Shown here piece by piece: positions 42,795-52,783 of a DNA stretch of 64,000 bases; position 1 is the stretch's first letter; each line of letters begins with the position of its first letter. The DNA is taken from NCBI GenBank assembly GCA_039818205.1, contig JBCBUK010000010.1, forward strand, positions 64,001 to 128,000. The letters run 5' to 3'. The notes under the pieces were generated by a model. It was given only the letters and a program-made list of their open reading frames with translations. It did no database searches and was not told the origin of the DNA. The DNA comes from Verrucomicrobiota bacterium. Lineage in GTDB: Bacteria; Verrucomicrobiota; Verrucomicrobiia; Opitutales; Cerasicoccaceae. Position numbers and translations under genes: made by a program.

Positions 42795-44474
42795 CTACGA
42801 GCCGTTGCTCTCTAGTGGAGTCACCACGCTTTGGGGAAAAAGAAAATCAATAAACTTTTCGGCAGTTGGTTGAGGCTCGTGATTGGCTAAACCGGGACGT
42901 TCGTTGCCTTCGATGATGACGTATTCCGGTTGATCAGGAGAGCTCACGATGAGATCCAGCCCAACCACTGGAATATCCAAGACTTGAGCCGCGTTAAGTG
43001 ATGCTTCAGCCAAGGTAGGGTGAAGAATATCAGTCACATCATGAATGGTGCCTCCGGTGTGCAGGTTTGCTGTTTTCCTGACCGGAATGGCGGTTTCCTT
43101 TTCGAGAATATCATCCAGACTGTATCCCGCCATACGAACGCAGCGCTCGGTTTCTTCATCCACCGGAATAACGCTCTCGCCTTCGGTCGCGGCGCTTCGT
43201 CGTCGGCTGACGCGCTCAATTAGCTCCAAAACGGTGTGCTCACCCGTCCCCACAACGCTTGCTGGGCGGCGAATTGCCGCCGCGACGATTTCCTGATTGA
43301 TCACGATCACGCGGAGATCCTGCCCTTCGACGTATTGCTCCAACAGCACAGTGTCGTCAAACTCCTCGGCTTTTTTAATCGCCATGCTCAAAGTTTCTTC
43401 CAAGCGCACATCCACGGAGATGCCTTTTCCTTGTTCACCGAGCAGAGGTTTTACAACAACGCTTTTGTGCCGGTGCAAGAACTGGTAATCACGCCGCTTT
43501 TCACCAGCGACAATTTGATCCGGTGTTTTTAGACCGACCTCATTCAGTAGCTCGCGAGTATATTGTTTATCCTCGGCGCGCTTCAGCGCTAATGCTGAAG
43601 TCATATCGCTGAGAGATTCCCAGCAGGTTACGCTGCGCCCGCCCAAGCTCAAGCGGAAGTATCCTCGCGTGGGTGAAATGGGGTCAACCGCGATTCCACG
43701 CCTCAGCGCCTCATTAATAATGATCGACGCATAGGGGTTGTAACCTTCTGGTGCTGGCGTCCCCACGAACAAGCGTTCATTGATGCGATTTCTCCGTTTG
43801 GCAGCAAAGATGTAAACGCGTTCGAAACCAAGTTTCTCGTAAAGTCGACGCGCCTGTTCATTGTCGTGAATCACGGAGACGTCCATGACTTCGCGTCCGA
43901 GATCGCGATAATATTCAATCAGGTGTCGAACCAATGATTTACCGACGCCGGGCAGCTCAGCTTGCGGGTCCACGCCTAAGGCCCATAGACTGCATGTATT
44001 GGGCATTTGGTCACCACAGGCGTGATGGTCTGCACCCATCGCTACCCCAAGAACCCTGTTAGATTCACTTTGAACCGCGATGAAATAAGTGAAGGCTTCC
44101 GCCTCCCGCTTCGCCCAAACATACTCGACATCGATGGGCACCATATTCAGCGTCGTATAGATCCGATTTATCTCGTCCAGCTCTTCCTTGTGGGCGAGTT
44201 TACGGATTTCAAAACCTGAAGCGGGGTTGTCTAAGTCCTCGTAGTCGGTAAACTGAAGGCGATAGGTATTAGATGGATCGAGGAAAATTTGCTGAGGTTC
44301 ACAATTGAGCACCAAGTGCGGGTCAACCAGGTATAAGGCAATATCCCGCTGATCGGAATTCTCAGCCAGTATGGCTTCCGCCACACTTTCTGGATTGGGA
44401 AAGGTGTCGGCGAACATCAGGCGTCCCCACCCACACTGCAGGGTGACGCCCGGATCTGTTTGTAGGACTTCCAT
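42795..44474 (-). CDS. ngg: N-acetylglutaminylglutamine synthetase (GNAT + ATP-grasp)
   Basis: CGWGRL, RDIALY..DPH, LW.L.VDPQ, LYEKLGF, NPYA.II..EA.RRGI, KTANLHTGG, NERPGLANHEPQP; ATG at 44474. Confidence 0.92.
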   Translation of the reverse strand: MEVLQTDPGVTLQCGWGRLMFADTFPNPESVAEAILAENSDQRDIALYLVDPHLVLNCEPQQIFLDPSNTYRLQFTDYEDLDNPASGFEIRKLAHKEELDEINRIYTTLNMVPIDVEYVWAKREAEAFTYFIAVQSESNRVLGVAMGADHHACGDQMPNTCSLWALGVDPQAELPGVGKSLVRHLIEYYRDLGREVMDVSVIHDNEQARRLYEKLGFERVYIFAAKRRNRINERLFVGTPAPEGYNPYASIIINEALRRGIAVDPISPTRGYFRLSLGGRSVTCWESLSDMTSALALKRAEDKQYTRELLNEVGLKTPDQIVAGEKRRDYQFLHRHKSVVVKPLLGEQGKGISVDVRLEETLSMAIKKAEEFDDTVLLEQYVEGQDLRVIVINQEIVAAAIRRPASVVGTGEHTVLELIERVSRRRSAATEGESVIPVDEETERCVRMAGYSLDDILEKETAIPVRKTANLHTGGTIHDVTDILHPTLAEASLNAAQVLDIPVVGLDLIVSSPDQPEYVIIEGNERPGLANHEPQPTAEKFIDFLFPQSVVTPLESNGS

Positions 44475-44509
44475 TCTGATAGTTTTGAATTTAGCTAGAT
44501 GGAACCATG

Positions 44510-46285
44510 TTATCCAATCCCATGTGTTTGCAGCCAAAGCTCCAACAGGGCCAGCTGCCAAAGTTTGGAGCCGCGAAGTGGCGTGATGTGCGCTTCCGGA
44601 TCAGCCAACAACTTCTCGACGTAGGGCGCTTGGAACAATCCTCGCTGGCGAGCAGTATCGTTGCATAAAGCTCCCCGTGCGAGCTCGAGAAAATCGCCGC
44701 GCAAATATTTTAGGGCAGGAACCGGGAAATAACCTTTCGGGCGATCAATGACCTCGGCGGGGATGATCTTGCGGGCGGCTTCCTTCAAGATGAATTTTCC
44801 ATCACCTGGGATTTTCAATTCTGGTGGAACCTGCGCGGCAAATTCAACAACTTCATGATCCAGAAAAGGAACGCGCGCCTCCAGGCTGGCGGCCATCGTG
44901 TTGTTGTCGACACGCTTGACCGGATCATCCACCAGCATCACAAGCGCATCCAAACGCATTGCTTGATCGATGGGCGCATCCGCGCCAGCACGCGCAAAGT
45001 GCTCTCGCACAAACTCTCTTGCGTAGTCTTGCTTCACCCAAGACGCATTCATGACCTCGCCATACTCCACAAAGTCGCGATCAAAGAAGGCGGTGGCGTA
45101 GTCTTCCAAGGCGTTGGTGCTTGTCATCATCGGCGGATACCAATGATAGCCGCCAAATATTTCATCGGCACCTTGCCCGCTCTGAACAACTTTCACGTGC
45201 TTGGCGACCTCTTGGGAAAGCAAATAGAACCCAACATTGTCGTGGCTGACCATGGGTTCGGACATCTGCCCGATGCAATCTCTCAGCGCTGGCAAGGCGC
45301 GTTGCGAATCGATGTGCAACTTGTGATGCTTCGTCTTGAAGCGCTCAACAATGACATCCGAGTATTTGAATTCATCGCCTGCTTCGTCGCCCACGGTTTC
45401 GAAGCCGATGGAAAAGGTCTCCACCTGCTGCTGATCGTGTTCGGCGAGCAGTCCGACGATTAAGCTGGAGTCCAGGCCGCCAGAAAGCAGGACTCCCACG
45501 GGAACGTCCGCTACCAATCGGCGTTTAACTGCGCGGCGCATGACATCTAATGTCGCATCTTCCCATTCCGCTTGCTTCCAATCGCGTTGTTCATCGCTGG
45601 GGCCATACTGCAAATCCCAATAGGAATTCACGTCCATCTCCCCATTCGGTTTGATCACCGCGACAGTCGCCGGGGGCAATTTTTTAATGCCCTGCAGGAT
45701 CGTCCGTTCCGGCGGAATGACCGAATGGAACGTCATGTAGTAATTCAGCGCAATTGGATCAAGGGAGGTATCACAGTCGCCGCCGGCCAACAGGGCCGGT
45801 AAAGTCGATGCGAATCGGAAGCTCGCTGAATTCTTTGTAAAATAAAGAGGTTTAATGCCAACTCGATCACGCCCAATGATCAATCGACCGGAATCACGCT
45901 CATGAATTGCAAAGGCAAACATGCCGTTGAGCCGCTGAACGCAGTCCGTTCCCCAGGCATGATAGGCTTTCAGGATGACCTCAGTGTCGCCGTGGCTGAA
46001 GAAACGATATCCTTTTGATTCAAGTTCCTCACGCAGTTCCTGATAATTGTAAATAGCGCCGTTGTATACGATGCTCAGGCCAAGTTCGGCGTCTACCATC
46101 GGCTGCTGTGCAGCTTCACTGAGATCAATGATCCTCAGGCGCCGATGACCTAATGCCACTGCTCCACGAACGATGAGCCCATCACCGTCAGGCCCGCGGG
46201 GCGTCATTACGTCCATCATTTTGGCGACACGCGCCGGGTCGGGCGCTTGCGCATCAAATCGCATTTCTCCACTGATTCCACACAT
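44510..46285 (-). CDS. asnO: N-acetylglutaminylglutamine amidotransferase (AsnB-like)
   Basis: MCGI Ntn Cys, RGPD, LGHRRL.IIDL, LSGGLDSS, SGQGADE.FGGY.WY, LVDDPVKRVDN; upstream of ngg. Confidence 0.93.
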   Translation of the reverse strand: MCGISGEMRFDAQAPDPARVAKMMDVMTPRGPDGDGLIVRGAVALGHRRLRIIDLSEAAQQPMVDAELGLSIVYNGAIYNYQELREELESKGYRFFSHGDTEVILKAYHAWGTDCVQRLNGMFAFAIHERDSGRLIIGRDRVGIKPLYFTKNSASFRFASTLPALLAGGDCDTSLDPIALNYYMTFHSVIPPERTILQGIKKLPPATVAVIKPNGEMDVNSYWDLQYGPSDEQRDWKQAEWEDATLDVMRRAVKRRLVADVPVGVLLSGGLDSSLIVGLLAEHDQQQVETFSIGFETVGDEAGDEFKYSDVIVERFKTKHHKLHIDSQRALPALRDCIGQMSEPMVSHDNVGFYLLSQEVAKHVKVVQSGQGADEIFGGYHWYPPMMTSTNALEDYATAFFDRDFVEYGEVMNASWVKQDYAREFVREHFARAGADAPIDQAMRLDALVMLVDDPVKRVDNNTMAASLEARVPFLDHEVVEFAAQVPPELKIPGDGKFILKEAARKIIPAEVIDRPKGYFPVPALKYLRGDFLELARGALCNDTARQRGLFQAPYVEKLLADPEAHITPLRGSKLWQLALLELWLQTHGIG

Positions 46286-46446
46286 AATTTGGTAGAGCCG
46301 CCGGATATCCAGAGTGGTTCACTGTCGGCGCAAACTAGTTTCCAGAAATCGAAATCGGTGTCAAAGGATTACCCTGAAAGTTATATTCCATCGGCCTTTC
46401 CGGGTATTCCCTTGCCATCGAAGACCAACACAAGCTATCAACCAGC

Positions 46447-48243
46447 ATGGCTTCCACCGAGCGACAGCTGACCACTCGCGCCATCATCACCGGCTTTTTG
46501 TTGGGATCATTGCTGGCGCCCTGCAATATCTACACTGGGCTGAAAATTGGATTTTCCTTCAATATGTCCATCGCCGCAGCGCTGCTGAGCTATGCTTGGT
46601 GGAACGGTCTTCATCGCTTTGGGAAAGCAACTCATTGGGGTCTGCTAGAGAATAATATCAATCAAACCACCGCATCGTCCGCGGCCTCAATTCTTTCGGC
46701 TGGCCTGGTCGCGCCGATTCCGGCACTGGCTCTAATTAGCGGCGATACCCTGAGCTATCCGGTATTGGTTGCCTGGGTATTTGTGGTCAGTTTCGCGGGT
46801 ATCATCTGTGCACTAGCCGTCAGAAGACAGATGCTGGATCGCGAAGCTTTGCCGTTTCCCAATGGAGTCGCGACAGCAGAAACGATCAGCGAGATCTATG
46901 CCCGCGGCAAAGAGGCAGCGTATCGCATTAAGCTTCTGCTTGGCGCCGGAATTCTCTCTGCGGGCGTTAAGTTTTATGGCTCATTCATCTCGGCAATACC
47001 GGCTTTGGGTCTGCCGAAAAGTTTTGGCTTTAAGGCTCCACCAAACGTAGCCGCGCAAGGGGTGGACCATGTTAGTTGGCGAGTTCTCGGCATTGAGTTA
47101 CAACCGTCACTGCTGCTCTTCGGTTTCGGCGCCATTGTGGGACCGCGGGTTGGTGTCTCACTACTACTCGGAACAATTTTTGCGTGGATGATTTTGCCTC
47201 CGGAGCTGCTCGCCCGTCAGTGGGCGCATCCAGCCCTGGATGGTACCACCTGGTATGAAACGATGCTTGAGTGGTTGCTCTGGCCTGGTGTGAGTCTAAT
47301 GGTTGCCGCCGCACTCACCTCGTTTGCCATTTCAATCATTGGTCTGATCCTTGCGAAAGCGAAGCGTGATCAAGCATCCGCAGAATCCGAAGGAGACTAT
47401 CGCCTAGGAGGAAAATTTCACTTCCCTCGCACGTGGTTCGTCGTCGGAGCACTCATCGCATTTCTGCTAGGAGTAATCGCACAGAAATTAATCTTTAATA
47501 TCCCGATTTGGCTCGGAACCATTGCGGTGGCATTGTCATTTCTGTTGGCAATTGTGGCTGGCCGCGTATCCGGTGAAACGGGCATTCCTCCCATTGGCGC
47601 GCTAGGCAAGATTACGCAGGTAACTTTCGGATTTCTTGCGCCTGCCAATACAACGATCAATTTAATGAGCGCCAATGTCACTGGCGGCGCCGCGGGCCAA
47701 TGCTCCGACCTTTTGCACGACCTGAAAACCGGAAAACTCATCGGCGCCAATCTTCAGGCTCAAGTGATCGCCCAGGTCTTCGGCATTCTCGCGGGCTCGC
47801 TAGCGGGAAGTGCAGCTTACCTGATTTTGATCCCAGACCCACAGTCGATGTTGCTGACGCCGGAGTGGCCCGCGCCGGCCGTCGCGACCTGGAAAGCAGT
47901 CGCGGAAGTGCTTGCGCAGGGAATAGATACCATTCCAGATGGTTGTGAAACTGCGGTAATAGTAGCAATATTCGTGGGAATATTCCTGGCCGCATTGGAA
48001 GCATTGTTGCCCGCCAAGCATCGAAAATGGGTTCCGAGCGCGTCGAGCCTTGGCTTTGCATTTATCATCCCGCCATTCATCAGTCTCGCCATGTTTGTTG
48101 GTTCGATGGTTCGCGTAACCGCAGAATTAATCAACAAAAGCTGGAGCGCGAAATATCTGATCGTCATCGCCGCTGGCTTAGTCGCCGGAGAAAGTTTGGC
48201 CGGAGTATTTGAAGCGATGATTCAATTTCTGAGCCCGAAGTAA
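46447..48243 (+). CDS. OPT/YSL family oligopeptide transporter
   Basis: LT.RAII.G, N.Y.GLK.G, ENNI.QT.ASS, LPFP.G.ATAE, DLKTG.L.GA, AGL.AGESL. Confidence 0.92.
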   Translation: MASTERQLTTRAIITGFLLGSLLAPCNIYTGLKIGFSFNMSIAAALLSYAWWNGLHRFGKATHWGLLENNINQTTASSAASILSAGLVAPIPALALISGDTLSYPVLVAWVFVVSFAGIICALAVRRQMLDREALPFPNGVATAETISEIYARGKEAAYRIKLLLGAGILSAGVKFYGSFISAIPALGLPKSFGFKAPPNVAAQGVDHVSWRVLGIELQPSLLLFGFGAIVGPRVGVSLLLGTIFAWMILPPELLARQWAHPALDGTTWYETMLEWLLWPGVSLMVAAALTSFAISIIGLILAKAKRDQASAESEGDYRLGGKFHFPRTWFVVGALIAFLLGVIAQKLIFNIPIWLGTIAVALSFLLAIVAGRVSGETGIPPIGALGKITQVTFGFLAPANTTINLMSANVTGGAAGQCSDLLHDLKTGKLIGANLQAQVIAQVFGILAGSLAGSAAYLILIPDPQSMLLTPEWPAPAVATWKAVAEVLAQGIDTIPDGCETAVIVAIFVGIFLAALEALLPAKHRKWVPSASSLGFAFIIPPFISLAMFVGSMVRVTAELINKSWSAKYLIVIAAGLVAGESLAGVFEAMIQFLSPK

Positions 48244-48321
48244 CCGAGTGGGCGACAACGATTCAATACGAACCGAAAACCGCGACGAAACATTGGCAGG
48301 ATTCAATGCATTGAAATGCAT

Positions 48322-49371
48322 TTAGATCAAGAATTGCTTTTTGATAAATGGAGAGGTCATCGCTGACAGAAGGCCACTGTAACTAAGATTGAACCGGACT
48401 TCATCACCAACCTGCAAGTTGTTGTAGCTCTCAACAATGAGGTGGTCGCTGCTTGCACCCAGTATTGACATCCGCTTATTCGCCTCTAGGCCGGATATTG
48501 AAACATCCTGCCTTCCCAAAGCAATGATTGCCCTTCGACAATATCCTCTATCTTGGATAGCAGACATATTTCCGAAAGCGTCTTGGGATCGTTTGCCTAT
48601 TGGGATGGAGGGCTTTATTTTCGATTCAACAACTTCAGCAACGAGCTGAAAAGCCTGAGTATATAGGCCAGCGATCGGTGTTCTAGCCACCGTCTCGCAG
48701 CCTAGCAGAATAGCCTCCCCTAACCGAAGATTGTTAATTCTTCCGATGTCGTCGGCAGACTGATACCACTGATAATTGGCCGAATTTCCCCCTGAAACAT
48801 AATTTAGACTAAGTTGAAAATCGTTTTCAGCTGATCGGCATAATTCAGAGAGTTTTCGCATGTTGCAGTTATCTGGCTCAATACCTCCGTAACAGGCTAG
48901 ATTGCACCCAATACCTACGATTTCTAAATGAGAAAAGCACAGTGCTTTTTTGATGAACTGCGGAAGGTCGCAAGGGAGAACGCCTTCACGCAGATCACCC
49001 AATTCAACCATAATTATGACTTTATGTATCTTGGATATTTTTTGGGCATGGGTAGATAGTTCATTGAGCGTCTCCATCTCTGTATTCAAACTGATGTCCG
49101 CACTTTCAACAATGGCCTGAGCGCGACTCAAGGGGGTTCGGAGCAATACGAAATTGGCAATAATTCCAGCCTCTTTCATCCTCTCAATATTCTCAATGCG
49201 AGAGTCGGCAATCGTCTGAATGCCAGCTTCAATCATTGCTTTAGCAATCAGAGGTTCTCCAAGCACGGCCTTGGATACGCCCATTAATGAAATCCCAAGC
49301 TCACGGCCATGATCTACACCGACGTCACTCAGCTGCCGACCTTCGATGCGGTGGCGTCTGTTCCGTGGCAC
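48322..49371 (-). CDS. Alanine/ornithine racemase-family PLP enzyme; native 5' end apparently lost (possible pseudogene)
   Basis: GVSK PLP Lys, ADSRIENI, ELGDLREG, NLACYGG, SGGNS, LRLGEAILLG, GASSDH; first ~25 aa non-homologous and more GC-rich. Confidence 0.85.
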   Translation of the reverse strand: MPRNRRHRIEGRQLSDVGVDHGRELGISLMGVSKAVLGEPLIAKAMIEAGIQTIADSRIENIERMKEAGIIANFVLLRTPLSRAQAIVESADISLNTEMETLNELSTHAQKISKIHKVIIMVELGDLREGVLPCDLPQFIKKALCFSHLEIVGIGCNLACYGGIEPDNCNMRKLSELCRSAENDFQLSLNYVSGGNSANYQWYQSADDIGRINNLRLGEAILLGCETVARTPIAGLYTQAFQLVAEVVESKIKPSIPIGKRSQDAFGNMSAIQDRGYCRRAIIALGRQDVSISGLEANKRMSILGASSDHLIVESYNNLQVGDEVRFNLSYSGLLSAMTSPFIKKQFLI

Positions 49372-49400
49372 GAAGAAGTTGATCAGGGCGGGAATTTCGG
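49291..49400 (+). mobile_element. C-terminal remnant of a tyrosine recombinase/integrase next to tRNA-Leu
   Basis: Translates as PKLTAMIYTDVTQLPTFDAVASVPW, resembling the (RHS)DxxLTxxxYTD..LP...AV..LP catalytic-Tyr end of integrases; about 150 bp from the tRNA 3' end. Confidence 0.55.
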
Positions 49401-49526
49401 GGAATCATCCTCACCAACCGCCTCACTTTTGCCAGAATTTCGAGGTCTTTCGCTGTCACAAAATGACATAAATTACGAGCAAATAGCTATCCCGGAAAGC
49501 GTTGTTGTTCAATTGCTTAGTCCCTA

Positions 49527-49555
49527 TTTGACGCAGCCTGACCGGGCGGGTCAAA
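49527..49555 (-). terminator. Hairpin immediately 3' of tRNA-Leu
   Basis: TTTGAC...GTCAAA outer stem with imperfect GC-rich inner stem. Confidence 0.4.
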
Positions 49556-49640
49556 TGGTGCTCAGGGCGGGAGTCGAACCCGCACACCTCTCGGCACTGC
49601 CGCCTGAAGACAGCGTGTCTGCCAATTCCACCACCTGAGC
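49556..49640 (-). tRNA. tRNA-Leu (anticodon CAG), CCA encoded
   Basis: Reverse complement folds: acceptor GCTCAGG/CCTGAGC-A-CCA, anticodon stem CTGTC/GGCAG with loop TTCAGGC, long variable arm, T-arm GCGGG-TTCGACT-CCCGC. Confidence 0.97.
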
Positions 49641-49737
49641 AGTTTTGGGGAACGTGTTATAAAGAATTTCGACGATCCTTTTGTCAAGTGCACTTTAGGC
49701 GCAGTTTTAAACTCCGTTTGAGCGATTTAGTGACTGA

Positions 49738-50685
49738 TCAATGGGGTGATGCTTCGACTGTCTCCCGATGCGGATCTTTGCTGTTTTGAGCTCGGTCGGC
49801 CTCGATGATCTCAAGTATTTTATCTGGATGTAGCATCACCGCAATGCTTTCGATATCGCCGTCGGATGGTTTGTAGACTGCCTGGGAAAGGATTCCGTAG
49901 AGGTTGTCATCTTGGTCTACGATTGGCCCACCACTCATGCCGCCGCGGGATACCATATCGATGCCGAAGGAAAATGAGCGGTTGGTTTCATCGGTCTGGG
50001 AATCCAATGCCTTTCCAGCGGAAAGGAAGGGACCATTGCCGGTTCCATCCTCAATTCCCTGGTTATTTTTTATCCGTAGAATTCCTCGATCATCTGCGCA
50101 AAGTAGGAGGGTTCCGCGGGCAGGCGGTTCGTTTGAAATGTAGCGAAAGTAGTCATCGGTTTTTTTGTCAAATTTGACAATTGCCAGGTCGACCTGTTCG
50201 CTTGTCCATACGATTCGTCCTTCGGTATAGCGGGTATAGAAAAAACGTTTCATTTCCTCCTCGGTATACAGGATTGCGACATCACTGATACGTTGGCCCC
50301 GCTGATCTTCGGGCGTTGCGTAAAACGCCTCAGTCTTGCCCTCATCTTTGATGAACAAGGGCGTCCAGTTCGATACATGGGCAGCGGTTAGAAAGTAGCC
50401 GTCGGGAGAGATTGCAACGATCCTGCCCAAGCCGTGGAAGTTTTTCTTTGAGATGGGTTCCTCGGAATTCTTTTGTCTACCAACCAGTTCGACCCGCGCC
50501 CCGATTCGATTCCGAACTACCTTGGCTTCCTTAGGGTCGGGAATGATTTGTCGTATGTAGGCATTTTGCCGTTCACGCATCTCCGGATTGTCGAAGCGCA
50601 GTTTGTCGACTTCTTCCTGGTCGACGCAACTTGCGGTGACAATGGCGACGAGGCAAAGGCTCCAAAATGTAAATTTAGTAACCAT
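49738..50685 (-). CDS. Trypsin-like (S1) serine protease lipoprotein
   Basis: Lipobox VTASC; triad LTAAHV / DLAIV / GMSGGP; ATG at 50685. Confidence 0.88.
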   Translation of the reverse strand: MVTKFTFWSLCLVAIVTASCVDQEEVDKLRFDNPEMRERQNAYIRQIIPDPKEAKVVRNRIGARVELVGRQKNSEEPISKKNFHGLGRIVAISPDGYFLTAAHVSNWTPLFIKDEGKTEAFYATPEDQRGQRISDVAILYTEEEMKRFFYTRYTEGRIVWTSEQVDLAIVKFDKKTDDYFRYISNEPPARGTLLLCADDRGILRIKNNQGIEDGTGNGPFLSAGKALDSQTDETNRSFSFGIDMVSRGGMSGGPIVDQDDNLYGILSQAVYKPSDGDIESIAVMLHPDKILEIIEADRAQNSKDPHRETVEASPH

Positions 50686-50699
50686 TGCCCGGAATTGGT

Positions 50700-51425
50700 T
50701 TACAAGAACTTGCTGATCTCGGGGAGGTGGCGCTCCCATTGGCCGTTGGCGACTCGGACCAACCAGGGATCAGCCGGCTTGACCAGATCGACTGGTTCCT
50801 CGGGCAAATTGTCTTCGTCAAACTCGATGAGATCGACAGCTTCGATATCGTCGTCGAATGCCAAGGATACGCGGCGCGGCTGGGGCTCCAGGATGAGGGC
50901 CGGGTTGCGCACGCGACCCTTTTTCATTAGCTCAATGAGGCAAGGAAAGTGTTCCTGCTCGAAGTGCGCCCGAAAGTCGCTGAACCATTTATTGGGCACA
51001 TCATTTCGACGGTTGAGTAAAACCACATCCGAAAAGTGAATACAGGCATCATGCCAGATTTGTAATTTGGGATTGGCCTGAAGAAGACTACAATGGACGA
51101 CCGTAATGATTCGGGCGAGGGTATGGCCGCTTCGCCGAATCCACGACTGAAAATCATCGATGGCATCCAGCGGATTTCCGCGTCCCGGAGCTACAATAAA
51201 AATAACGTCGACGTCGTTCGCTTCAATACCGGCTAAGTGCTCGTAAGAAACCACCCGGTTGTTCGTGCGACCAAGAAACTGCTCGTCAGCCGAGGTGTCG
51301 GGTTCCGAAGTGTGCAACGCAATAAGTGCGTGCTCGTCTTCCTCAAGTCCGCCCTCGATCAGGTCGCGAACGGCGTCGCGCCGTCCAGCTCCTTCGGCTC
51401 CTAATAGAAAGTAGACGTCTGCCAT
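50700..51425 (-). CDS. CobW/G3E-like P-loop protein with degenerate Walker A
   Basis: YFLLGAEGAGRR, L..IITVV, I.FSDVVLLNR topology as in CobW-type domains. Confidence 0.55.
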   Translation of the reverse strand: MADVYFLLGAEGAGRRDAVRDLIEGGLEEDEHALIALHTSEPDTSADEQFLGRTNNRVVSYEHLAGIEANDVDVIFIVAPGRGNPLDAIDDFQSWIRRSGHTLARIITVVHCSLLQANPKLQIWHDACIHFSDVVLLNRRNDVPNKWFSDFRAHFEQEHFPCLIELMKKGRVRNPALILEPQPRRVSLAFDDDIEAVDLIEFDEDNLPEEPVDLVKPADPWLVRVANGQWERHLPEISKFL

Positions 51426-51476
51426 AACGGGTTCGTTGGTTGCAGGTTGGTTAGCTGTCGACGTGTGGCGCGATTC

Positions 51477-52598
51477 TTACTCAAACGAGAAGGTGTCGCA
51501 TTGAGCCGTTTGTCTCATCCAGTGATCGACAATGACGAGCGCGGTCATCGCTTCGACGATTGGTACGGCACGAGGCACAACGCACGGGTCATGACGGCCG
51601 CGGCCCATGAGCTCGGTTTCCTGGCCAGATTGATCAACGGTGGCCTGGCTTTGCAAGATCGTTGCCGTCGGTTTGAAGGCGACACGGAAGTAAAGCTCTT
51701 CGCCGTTGGTGATGCCACCTTGGACCCCGCCAGAGCGGTTGGTCTCAGTATGGATTTCGCCCTCACGATTGACAAAGCGGTCGTTGTGCTCACGGCCGGT
51801 GAGGCCAACTGCGGCAAAGCCGCTGCCAACTTCAAATCCTTTCGTTGCGGGCAAGGAGAGCATGGCTTTCGCGAGGTCGGCTTCCATGCGGTCGAAGACG
51901 GGTGTACCAAGTCCGACGGGCAGGCCGCGAACGCGGCAGCAGATCACGCCGCCGACACTGTTGCCCTCGCTCCGTGCTTCCTTGATGCGGGCGATCATCT
52001 TCTCGGCCGTTTCAGGATGGGGGCAGCGAACGGCATTGGCCTCGACGTCTTCCATCGACGGAAACGGAATCCCGGGTCCGTCTAAGTCGCTCGCATTTGG
52101 TATGGAAATATTGTGAATCCGTTCAATGTAAGAGACGATCTCGACCGGCTCGGCGGGGCCCAACCGGAGAACTTTTTTCGCAATGGCGCCAGCGGCCACG
52201 CGTCCAATTGTTTCACGCGCGGAGGAGCGTCCACCGCCTTCATGATTGCGGATTCCGTATTTGGTCTGGTAGGTGAAGTCAGCGTGGGAGGGTCGAAATT
52301 TGTCCTTCATCTCGGCATACGCCTCCGGGCGGTGGTCCGAATTTGGGACAGTGATTGCGATCGGTGTGCCCAAGGTCTTCCCGTTGTAGACACCGGAAAC
52401 GATTGTCGCGATGTCGGTTTCTTTGCGCGGTGTCGTGATGTCGCTCTGACCAGGGCGACGGCGATCGAGCTCGAGCTGGAGGTCGGCCTCGCTTAAGGGA
52501 AGGCAGGGCGGGCAGCCGTCTACAACGACGCCGATACCACCACCATGGCTTTCGCCCCAGGTGGCAATGCGGAAGAGGTTACCAAATACGTTGCCCAT
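51477..52598 (-). CDS. aroC: Chorismate synthase
   Basis: [44 protein letters not shown]. Confidence 0.98.
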   Translation of the reverse strand: MGNVFGNLFRIATWGESHGGGIGVVVDGCPPCLPLSEADLQLELDRRRPGQSDITTPRKETDIATIVSGVYNGKTLGTPIAITVPNSDHRPEAYAEMKDKFRPSHADFTYQTKYGIRNHEGGGRSSARETIGRVAAGAIAKKVLRLGPAEPVEIVSYIERIHNISIPNASDLDGPGIPFPSMEDVEANAVRCPHPETAEKMIARIKEARSEGNSVGGVICCRVRGLPVGLGTPVFDRMEADLAKAMLSLPATKGFEVGSGFAAVGLTGREHNDRFVNREGEIHTETNRSGGVQGGITNGEELYFRVAFKPTATILQSQATVDQSGQETELMGRGRHDPCVVPRAVPIVEAMTALVIVDHWMRQTAQCDTFSFE

Positions 52599-52600
52599 GA

Positions 52601-52744
52601 TTAATCGATCACCTTGGCTTCGTCCGCATCCGGATCATTTTTAAATTCCATACCGAAACCGTCATCAACGGAGGTCGTTGTGGATTCGCACCCACCGAAC
52701 AGGCCGGCGAGTGCGACAAAAAGAAATAGTGCCAATGGCTTCAT
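52601..52744 (-). CDS. 47-aa small lipoprotein
   Basis: Hand translation [47 protein letters not shown]; lipobox; stop 2 nt before aroC ATG. Confidence 0.7.
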   Translation of the reverse strand: MKPLALFLFVALAGLFGGCESTTTSVDDGFGMEFKNDPDADEAKVID

Positions 52745-52783
52745 CGGCCAATTGGAAGCAAGAATTCTCGAGCGATCAAGCGC

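Noticed and set aside
49309..49638. 109-aa + strand ORF as a real gene
   Set aside because: Runs through the antisense of the tRNA; only its first ~25 codons look meaningful (integrase remnant)
49556..49640. TCA in the tRNA anticodon loop suggesting a UGA-suppressor or Sec tRNA that could explain the acpH stop
   Set aside because: Correct stem register (CTGTC/GGCAG) gives loop TTCAGGC with anticodon CAG; ordinary tRNA-Leu with A discriminator
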